A DNA stretch of 64,000 nucleotides, from positions 19,096,001 to 19,160,000 of the forward strand of contig NC_088861.1 in assembly GCF_963853765.1 (NCBI RefSeq), in the 5' to 3' direction. This DNA comes from Magallana gigas (Eukaryota). The notes under the pieces were generated by a model. It saw nothing but the letters and a program-made list of their open reading frames with translations, had not been told where the DNA came from and searched no databases. Every line of letters begins with the position of its first letter. Position 1 is the stretch's first letter. Shown one piece after another: positions 54,511 to 64,000 of this stretch. The translations under genes were made by a program, and so were the position numbers.

Positions 54511-54732
54511 GCACCTGGGCACACGACACACCTGTTGTGTATATCTTGTATATTCTGTGTTAGTTCCGGGGGTTTTCTTAAGTTGGACAAACAATAGACT
54601 CTAATTAGATATACACAAACATGCACCTGGGCATAAGACACAACTGTTGTGTATATCTTGTATATTCTGTGTTAGTTCCGGGGGTTTTCTTAAGTTGCAC
54701 AAACAATGGACTCTAATTAGATATACACAAAC
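54511..54732. repeat. 112-bp tandem repeat, 2 copies
   Basis: gcacctgggca starts at 54511 and 54623. Confidence 0.9.
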
Positions 54733-54883
54733 GAACAAAACTATGTCTAGACAAACAAAGCAGTAATATCCTGCCCGATATAACAAAGGCAGTTGAGAGT
54801 ATTTTCATCTTTAACATGTATCTAGCAGATCTAGAATTAGACCTAGAAATAATTAAAATTGAAAAAAATACATACGGATGAAC

Positions 54884-54885
<2 letters not shown>

Positions 54886-54952
<67 letters not shown>
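54886..54952. repeat. (GA)n microsatellite
   Basis: Direct reading; a shorter (GA)n lies near 50607-50632. Confidence 1.
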
Positions 54953-54955
<3 letters not shown>

Positions 54956-55527
54956 CATCGATTAATTTATAATAGGAAACAAACATAATTAAATATAATT
55001 TCATACACAAATTTAGATACAGAGACTGCGCTCACCCCTACAATAATTTTGAAAAAAAAATTATAAAGAATTTTATAACGGCAATCTGTGTCCATCGGAG
55101 CGGTGTTGATGATAGCGATATGTGTTTAATGGCACGAAAAATAAAACCGCCTGGAACATCCCCTCCCATTCCTTGGAAATTATATCATCACTCGGATCAC
55201 CCCCTCCCCTCCCTATAAAAGAGCTTTTGCATTTAATACATGTTTTTATTGTTCAGTTTGATCAAACCTGACTTAAAGGGAACTTAAAGATGGTTTAAAG
55301 ACAACTTAAAGGGAACGTAAATGCCACTTAAAGATGCTTAAAGGTAGCTTAAAGATGGCTTAAAGGTGACTTAAAGAAGTTTGGACATTAAGGACCTATA
55401 AGCTCAGCTTAAAGGTGACTTAAAGGTGGCTTAAAGATTGTATCTCCTTTAAGCCACCTTTACACCACCTTTAAGCCACCTTTAAGGACTTGCTTAAAGA
55501 TTGTTTTTCGCCCTGTGCATGAACACC

Positions 55528-56493
55528 GAAAATGTTTTTACATGCATTGACAGGTTGTAACACTACCTCTAGAATATATGGTTTGAGTAAGGGACAAATG
55601 TTAAAGAAAGTAAAAGCTAATTCACCTTATTACAAGGAGGTTTCCTCTTACTTTCTAACAAATTCGCCGATGCCATCTAAAGAAATGCTTGCATCTCAAG
55701 GGGAAGAGGTTATAGCTGGTTTGTTTGCTTGCGAAGGACTAGACATACTGAGGATTTCGGAAATTTGTCACTAAAACATCCCGTGTTGAAAAACAGGTAC
55801 AAGTATGCAGTCTCCCACCAACATAAGCAGCTGCAATATATCGCATTTACCGAGTAACCATCAAGTACAACAATGGATAGGTAATAACCTGGAGCCAAAA
55901 GACTGGGGATGGAAGTTGTAAAACGGGATTCTGGTTCCAACGAAAACACATCTACCCCCTGCACCCGAGGAATTATTGAAAATAATTCGCTGTAACTGCA
56001 AATCAAATTGTGAATCTACACGTTGCAATTGTAAACTACATGGTATTGTTTGTTCCATGAGTTATGGGGAATGCCGTGGTACGAGTTGCTCTAATTCTAT
56101 TGATGGAGACATTAATTTTGATGATGAATGAGGATCACTTTATGAACTTTTATCGACTTTAAATTGACTCAAACTATCAACATTTTTTTTTTTAAAAACT
56201 TATATGTTAAACATCTATTAATTAATTTTTAAAATACATTATGTCTGTATGTATTTTGATAGTAAACTCTTAGATAAAAGTTTGTCACAATGTATCAATT
56301 GAATTCTTTTTTGACAAATTTGTGACCCAAAATATCATTAATTTCAAGCAAAAAAAAAGATTTCCCTTTAGAGGATTTAGGTGGATTTTTTATTTAAGTA
56401 TAATATGAACGTATAGAGGCGTATGCCACAAAAAAATTTCTGTTTCAATTTGTTTAAGGCCATCCCCCAAATTTTGCTAAATTGACTGGACTA
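55528..56493 (+). mobile_element. 3' relic of an AcademX-type DNA transposon (XPG-like domain + Cys-rich zinc finger)
   Basis: Broken frames give FLHALTGCNTTS, SLPPT, HQVQQW, DWGWK, LPPAPEELLKIIRCNCKSNCESTRCNCKLHGIVC..ECRGTSC; element ends ...GGACTA, consistent with TAG..CTA termini. Confidence 0.75.
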
Positions 56494-56959
56494 TTGATGG
56501 AATATGTATTAAAGCCGAATAAAACTTAAGTTTCCATCATGAAATTGTAGGGGTTTTGCTAGTCAGGTTCAATGTGTTCCCTGTCTTTACTTTATAGGTT
56601 ATAAACAACAAGCGGATTTTCGTTGAGATTAATTTTTGAATAAAGAATAAATAAACACTCTAAGTATATGCATCACTCAGGGAGAGGGTTTTTTTCGTTT
56701 ACCGTGTCGATGATGCTAAAATCGTGTTTCTTCTCATTACACATAAATAAAAATTTATAATCATTCGACATTAATGAATATCAGAATTATAATGCTTCGA
56801 GTATCATTTGATAGAGGAATTATCTAATTTGAGGCATGAAAAACGTGATTCTATTAGTAAACAAACTGTTCTTCCATCATGTTTTCATTGTTGGAAATGA
56901 GGTGAACATGTAAACTTTCAATTACTTTTTATGAGTACTTTCTTGTATAAAACACTTAA

Positions 56960-57951
56960 AGGGGAAGGAAACTAAAAATATGTTGTACAATAAATCAATT
57001 AATTATCATCTACTATAATTGTAAATCGTATTTATTTTCATTAAAAACCCCGGAACAATGAATAAATCAAGAAAATCGATCGTTTAATTTAAATTTCCCG
57101 CCGCCATGAGGGCTACCATTGAACTTTAATCTATGACATCACACCATCTATTCCGGTTTGTCTTATCAACATAACATCATGATATTCGCTCTAAATGACA
57201 AGTTCTGGAAAATTTGAAACAATATTGATTTGAGACCGTTCTTTAACCTTTGCAAACTACAAACTATCGTCAAATGGAGCATGTTCGTTGAAATCTAAAA
57301 GCGGAGGTAAGTGTCTGAAAAATCTCCGCGTAAATGTGGAATCATTGTCAACAGATGCCAAGTATCATAGAAAATGTCTGCCGTCGTTATTTCGACATAT
57401 TAATTCCGACTTTAAAGAATGAGTTTTAAACACCCCGATAACAATTATAACATTTAATTCAGTTAGCGAAGAACTTGACTTGAAATAAAAAAAAAATTAA
57501 TCGAGGTCGTTTTAAACTTTGAATGATAGCAGATTAACAGCTGTCATTTACTTATGAAAATGCATCTATTTATGCATACAATGATACATGTATTTATTCT
57601 TTAGATTGACGTGTGAACTCAAACATTATCAATTTTGTTTAGTCGATTATTTTAGTAACAGAAAAGCATAAACCAGCGTTAATAATATTTAGAGCACTGT
57701 GTACATTGATTCATTTGTATATGTAAACCAAACCGGAATAGATGGTGTGACGTCAAAATAACTAATTTTTTTGGTTTTTAATACAAAAGAGTTCTACATC
57801 ATGTCAGCCTCCAGTAAATACGATTTCTCCAACTTCAAACGTTCATTAAAGCTTAATTACGTATTTTATTTTCAAAACAGCATGACCACATGTGATAATT
57901 TACACCACTTTATTAAAATAAATGAATTATGTTTTTGACTTTCCTTCCCCT
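56960..57951. mobile_element. Kolobok-like non-autonomous element
   Basis: TTAA on both sides; TIR AGGGGAAGGAAA; internal 21-bp inverted pair 57140-57160 / 57729-57749; copy 1 shows the empty site acacTTAAtctta. Confidence 0.85.
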
Positions 57952-58030
57952 TTAATCTTACTTTATTTTAATCTCAAATTTAATAGATCTCAATTCCTGA
58001 TTGTAAAGTTTGTGATTTGATTGTTATTAC

Positions 58031-58376
58031 CTGAGTTCCTGTGGTGTGCTAACTCTTGTATGATTGAATCCATCTGTCCCATTTCCATTTGTTTTTTCAT
58101 CGCAATGACGTCCTTTAACAGTGAGTACATCTGATTTGTGAGCGACAGCCGGATTAGTGACTCTTGGTTCAGCTGCTGTCTGAGGTTGTCGATATCTTGT
58201 TGATTCACTGGGAATGGATCGTAAAAGGGTACTGCGTTTGTAATGTTTTCAGAAAACCCCTGTACTGCGTCGTTTGTAATGTTTTCAGATTGCTCGTTTG
58301 GTGAGTAGGGAGCTTCCGTTGTTGCAGATCCACTGACCCCGCAGAACACCAGCATGAGAACAATCACGTGAGTCAT
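58031..58376 (-). pseudogene. C1qDC gene A2: intact first exon (signal peptide + coiled coil), gC1q exon absent
   Basis: Near-identical to A1 exon 1 with an intact phase-1 donor; homology to copy 1 stops at about 56493, inside the intron, before the gC1q exon. Confidence 0.8.
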
Positions 58377-59695
58377 CGTGTCAAGAGTAATGCTACAATA
58401 AACTCCTAATTAATTAAAATATTCTGTTTGATGCTGAACAACATAGAGAAAGTTGCAATGTAGTGTGTAAAGTTCTGATGTTTTCAAAACTAAGTAAAAG
58501 AAATACACGTTTGGAATAAGACTGTTTTAACGACCCCATCCCTCCACATATTAACTTTAATTAGGGAGGTAAGCACTTGAACGATAAAATATTAAGTGTG
58601 ACACTAGAAGGCAATCACTGCAAAGAATACTTCTTCTATTCTCAGTAAAAATAATTTAAAAACCCTCCCCGAAATCTTTGATACTTTATACAGTCAGGAG
58701 ATTATCCCTAGATAAAACTAATATTAATACGTTTGGAAAAAAAAACACGAATTTAAAATAATTAATTTTCAATCAAAATAACTTTTTTGATCTCCGCTCT
58801 TTTTATTCCTTATGTAAAACATGAAAGGATATTTGATTAAATATTCACTGTTAGCCTTTTCATTTTGAAATTATCACGACTCAAATTCAAAATATGAAAC
58901 GGAATTGGATACCATAAAAAATAAATTCAAATTCATTAAAAAAAAAGCATTGAAATGAAGCTATTTTTATTTTTTTTTAATCTAGCTCATTAATATATTG
59001 TAATCTTTATAAGCTTACTGAACTAAAAATAACTGACTTTTTATCATATCAAATAAAATAATATTCATAAAGACAAAAATCGTCATTCTTTATAAAGTTA
59101 GTTCATATCTCCAAAATAGGTTTTCCAGCAAGTGATGTTGAATGGTTAATGAATCTTACAGGAGTTACAAAAGGGCTATATAGTTTTATAAAGGGTGTGG
59201 AGTATATAATTGATCTTCCAACTATATTTTTTGTCTTAATTTAGAAGACAAATGTGTTTCTACGGTTTCAAGTATATGGAAATACCTAGATAATTTGGAA
59301 ATCCCCAATATGGAATCACTTTGAAAAAATGATGAGGAAAAAAATCAAATGTTTTTAGCTACAAAAGTAGGTTTTAATATCTATGCATACAATAAAATAG
59401 TAAAACGATGATTATTTGTTTTTGATAAGGACATTGGCCCACATTTAATCATAAATCATGGATTTCTTTACTGCTGAAAATTGTTTTTTTACAAAATATT
59501 TTCGGAAAACCAGTGAAAAATTCAAAATGATTTAGCGTATGCAAAACGATGTAAATAACAACTATTGCACAGATTCATTATCTTAGGATTTCTCTTTTTA
59601 TTTACTGCGTCAAAATCCATCATTGCTTTATTTGATACCAATATCGTGTATGGTTTGACTTGCTTGGTTATTTACGTAGATAGCAATACATTTAA

Positions 59696-60883
59696 AGGAA
59701 GTGAACATGAAAAAATTAATTGTTGCTTAATTTATTTTAAAAGCCTTTTGAAACTTAAAAATGAGGTCTGTTACCTTTTTGTTTATTTCTATCAAGAGAT
59801 TTTATCAATTTAACACTCTCAGTGAAAGGTTTATGGAGGTAATCCATTATTCCCCAGCATGCATCTGTTCTCTGACGTAGATAAGCCACATTGCTGCTGG
59901 TGACTGGGTCAATGTTGGAACTAGGCCAGTGTTTATGTTCAGAGTTGATAAAAGTTACAAGAAAAAATATGCCTTGATGTGAAGAAAAATGTTGTGTACT
60001 GTCATGAGAAGACAAGGATTTAGTACATTTCTATAAATGAACCTCAGATAACTATATATGATTTGTGCAAAAAATGAATAGATAAATTAATTTGTGAAAT
60101 ATGAGACCATAGCATTCCAGATGTTTGTACGGAGATGTGGCAGTCAGTGTTTACATAAATAAAATGCTGTTTGTAGATTTCAATTTAAATAAATATAAAA
60201 ATGTAATTTCATTTTCTTTGTGGGGTTTCTTACCGTTACTTTTTATTTAAATGCCCTGGAAAATTTTCCGATTTGTTTTTATCTTAATTCTTGATGATAT
60301 ATGTACGCCGGTTCTGTTTATGCTGTCAGAAGAATAACAGGACTAAGACACTTTTTAAAAGTCAGGATGCTGAGCAATGCACCTTGTGTGCTCATTTATG
60401 TAGCACACATAATGTTTAAACTCATAAACAAGAAATTCCCGAGTGCAAGAAAAAATAGGTCACAATAACACTGATCCACGGACATTCCATTCTAGTTACA
60501 TGTCACATTAACTGCTGGTGGGAATGCATCATTCTGAGATCCAAAATCTTCCTCCATAAACACTGTTTAAAAATCACAACTCTTTACATCCAATTCACAT
60601 TTTGATGATGGCATTTTATCTCTGTTACTAAACGTGTGTAAAAATGCAATGTGTCTCACTGGCGTCAGCATCAGTGCTGCCCTCTCTTAGATGCTTAGAG
60701 ATAACCCAGCAGGGAGGTAATGAATCAAACAATATGGCAGCGCTCATGGATTGCAAGAATTAGTTATTCTAAGTGGCATATCTTCTTACTGAGGAAAGTT
60801 CTGTCTAAACGGTTTTCAGATATCATTATACACATCAAACAGACAAATTTGAGCCCTTGATAATTTTTTCATGTTCACTTCCT
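59696..60883. mobile_element. Kolobok-like non-autonomous element (second family)
   Basis: TTAA on both sides; perfect 23-bp TIR AGGAAGTGAACATGAAAAAATTA; absent from copy 1 at about 32400. Confidence 0.88.
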
Positions 60884-61682
60884 TTAAGATGCACCCTAGA
60901 AAATGCATTATCGGTAAAACAAAATCACAAACAAAAGTTCATTCTCACAACCAAGTTTCAAGCATATTTTCAAATCTATAATGTCTGAATACATGTCAAT
61001 TTTACATATATGATACTTTATCTAAAGTAACTGATCAATTAATCATCGGTACAAAGATATAACTTCTTATTCTTAAACTAAAAAATCCATCAACATACAC
61101 TTAATATGATTATATAGTTATATTTAACTTAAGTTAGCATTTGATCAAGACCATAGAACGTTTTAAGGATTAATTATTGGGTTTTATGATTTGTTTGTAA
61201 AATAATTCCTTGTAAAATACCGGTATTCCAGCATTAAAGCAATCAAGTGTCTTTTTATTTCGCATGATAAAAAGTTTTCTTCATTATCTTCCATTATATG
61301 TAATCGGGGTTAATAGAAGTTTCAAAATTATACTTCATTTGTTTATTTACAAAACCATCGTATAATTGCTTTAATCAACATCAGTCGTTATATAATATTC
61401 CATTTACAACGTAGCTACGCACTTATTTATTTAGTTTAAAGAAAAATACAAATGATTTACACAGTGTCCTGTAACAAATCTTACAATTACATTGTATTTA
61501 AATACGTACTGCAGTATATTCAAAGATATTTATTCACCTTGTAAGATGTTCCGGTAATATTTTCAATTACTAACTATTTGTAATTCTTTATTCAATAAAG
61601 GATTTCTGACTTTAATAGATTAAATGATACATAAATAACACAGTGCCTTTAATGGAAGCACAATATATCACTGTTACAACCG

Positions 61683-62880
61683 TCAGTTTCTCCAGCCTTT
61701 GAAACTTGACCATGCATATCCATGGATGTAGTTCCCAGTCACAGATCGGACATTGACAGTATCCCCAGCTTCCAACACAACAGGAACTGTATTTGCACAG
61801 TTTTCATACCCAGGGTTCCCTTCGTTGTTACAGTTGCCAAGACCTTTTCGTGTTCCGTTGACGATAAGTTCTGTATCTAGAATTTTACGAGCTGCGACCA
61901 AGGTTGTCCAAGTAAATATATAAAGACCCTTGGAGGGTGCTGTAAAGACCCCACTTTGAGCACTGTAGGAACCGTGGGTATCGTACATTACAGTATCGAA
62001 TACAATGTTCACAGGGGTATTTCTATCATATAGGAGCGTCTTTGAAGTGACTGCATTGAAAGCGATAGCTTCTTTTCCTACAATGTCATTCAAAATAACA
62101 ATGAAAGAATCAATTCTATGTATAAAAACCCTGATATATAAATATCAAACAAGTATATTATTAGCAACAGTATTTGCAACAGTATTAGGGTTAGGAAAGC
62201 TCTAAAGGCATTGAATGTATTATTAATTGAAGTATTAAAATAGATTAGGAAGTGACAAAAAAGCTTTATATCTAAGAAACCTTGACGGTGAGTAGAACTT
62301 GTTGACTAAATATTAATTGACTTGTGGATTTGCGACTAGAAATTTTGAGAAACGAGGAAGATGTGGTAAAAAATAATAATTATTGTGTATACATACGGAA
62401 CATAGATAATCATTATGATATCAGATAATTTTTTCAATTTAACATATTTACAAAGAATCGATATTACAGATATAACTTACCATGACTTGCAGTTTTACAC
62501 GTTGATGTCAAATTCTTAAGATCTTTCTGCAAGTTTACTAACTGTTTTGCGAGAACATCATCGCCTAAGGTTGAGTTCCTAAACTTCTCTAGCTCGTGTA
62601 TCTTAGATTCCATCTGCCCCATTCCTTTTCTCATTTCAATAACGTCATTAAGGACAGAATACAATTGTTTGGTGAGCGACAATCTTATGAGTGCCTCCTG
62701 GTTCAGCTGCTGTTTCAAGTTATTCATTTCTTGTTGAATCGAGGGATGTAAACTCTTTGGGGATACTGCGATGGGTTTGTTTTCAAGTTTTGAGTTATTG
62801 GCGGTCAAGAGGGACGCTACATTAGTCGTAGATACACTGATCCCATTATAAACCAATGCTAGATTAATAGCATAGATCAT
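61683..62880 (-). CDS. C1qDC gene B2, intact, 264 aa (exons 62880-62481 and 62077-61683)
   Basis: Same structure and splice sites as B1. Confidence 0.92.
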
Positions 62881-63669
62881 CGTGTAAAGGATTATCCTCC
62901 CCCAGTTAATTCCCAAATAAATAGATTAAATCACACTGGTTGGTGTTCTATATTGCGATGTATTCTGAATGAATGTGTGTAATGGGGACATCATACAAAT
63001 TGACCTCTTATTTAAGCTGTGACGAAAGCTACAGATGTACTTCTATTAAGTGGCAATTAGCAAAGTACGTGCTACTGCGACCATTTAAACAGGACACTTT
63101 TATTAATTATTTTCAGATACATATTTATTTAAGATAAAGTATGAAGTAGAACTCTCGAGAGATTAAAGATCGAGACTGCTACTTGATGCACAGGGGCATC
63201 GTATCCGCTCTACACTCTATGACATATATATATATATATACAATTTTTAATATACTTTCAGCAACTTTTTTTGAAGGCAAACATTTTAATTTTATCATAA
63301 AGAATCGAGTTCGTTACAGTGTATGCATTTGTAACGGAAATTGTATGATCATTGCCACAGTATGAAGTAATGGAGGACACATTGATTTGTACATTACTCT
63401 AGTACAAAGTTCAACTCATCATTTTTCTCTTGGAGATTAATTATTGCAAACCATTATGGATTTTTGTTGTTACATTGTATTGAATTAAAACTAAAATTCT
63501 GCAGCAGACAGCGGTTTTAATGAGACAAAAACGCTTTTTACCTAGTTTATTAGGAACATTTCAATGTGAACGTGTGTTTTGACAACATTTGCAACATTGT
63601 GTGGGAGGATTTGCGAAACTTTTGTCAATTAAGTTGTTTTTTGACATTGTTTACAAATCGTATCCTACT

Positions 63670-63797
63670 NNNNNNNNNNNNNNNNNNNNNNNNNNNNNNN
63701 NNNNNNNNNNNNNNNNNNNNNNNNNNNNNNNNNNNNNNNNNNNNNNNNNNNNNNNNNNNNNNNNNNNNNNNNNNNNNNNNNNNNNNNNNNNNNNNNN
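63670..63797. other. Assembly gap (N run)
   Basis: Run of N. Confidence 1.
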
Positions 63798-63872
63798 TAG
63801 GTAACGATATAGAAAAAGGTTTTCAGTAGACGATAACACAATAATCCATTTCTCTCAAATTTTCTCAAATTT

Positions 63873-63912
63873 AATCCAGAGCGCTTTCGCCTGATCGGCT
63901 CTTCAGTGGATT
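63873..63912 (-). ncRNA. Minimal type I hammerhead ribozyme, Penelope-like-element type
   Basis: Exact reverse complement of 63930-63969. Confidence 0.8.
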
Positions 63913-63929
63913 TCAAATTCACAATTTGA

Positions 63930-63969
63930 AATCCACTGAAGAGCCGATCAGGCGAAAGCGCTCTGGATT
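63930..63969 (+). ncRNA. Minimal type I hammerhead ribozyme, Penelope-like-element type
   Basis: Stem I aatcca/tggatt; core CTGAAGA; stem II gcc-gatca-ggc; GAAA; palindromic stem III AGCGCT; predicted cleavage after C63963. Confidence 0.82.
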
Positions 63970-64000
63970 AAATTTGAGAGAAATGGATTATTGTGTTATC

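Larger units (their letters stand above)
53208..55517. mobile_element. CACTA/CMC-like non-autonomous element with long repeat-built inverted ends
   Basis: CACAGG...CCTGTG ends; 3-bp TSD CAT; about 300-bp subterminal arrays of about 11-bp ctttaagccac units in inverted orientation, including an exact inverted block cttataggtccttaatgtccaaacttctttaa. Confidence 0.8.
56493..63185. repeat. Segmental duplication, copy 2
   Basis: See copy 1. Confidence 0.9.

Noticed and set aside
54713-54958. Ser/Leu-repeat ORF (and the Ile/Tyr-repeat ORF at 18206-18397)
   Set aside because: Translations of (GA)n and (TA)n microsatellites.

Overview
AT-rich, intron-containing animal genomic DNA; gene families and repeats point to a bivalve mollusc, probably an oyster (inference). 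Two N-gaps. From left to right: (1) 3' part of a CCDC181 gene (+), with a 63-nt cassette exon and two alternative last exons; (2) a largely non-coding 11-22 kb stretch; (3) a two-coding-exon orphan secreted protein of 311 aa (-); (4) a pair of C1q-domain (C1qDC) genes at 29-34 kb, duplicated at 56.5-63 kb, where one A-type copy is frameshifted and the other lacks its C1q exon; (5) four dermatopontin/hemagglutinin-amebocyte-aggregation-factor (HAAF) paralogs at 42-53 kb, one intact and three broken; (6) many transposons with readable ends: RTE and Tx1 LINEs with TSDs, Helentron-type HINEs, Kolobok-, IS3EU-, CACTA- and hAT-like non-autonomous elements, and an AcademX relic; (7) at the right edge, a long near-perfect palindrome carrying two minimal hammerhead ribozymes on opposite strands. 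No rRNA, tRNA gene or CRISPR array was seen. Coordinates were read by eye and may be off by a few bases.
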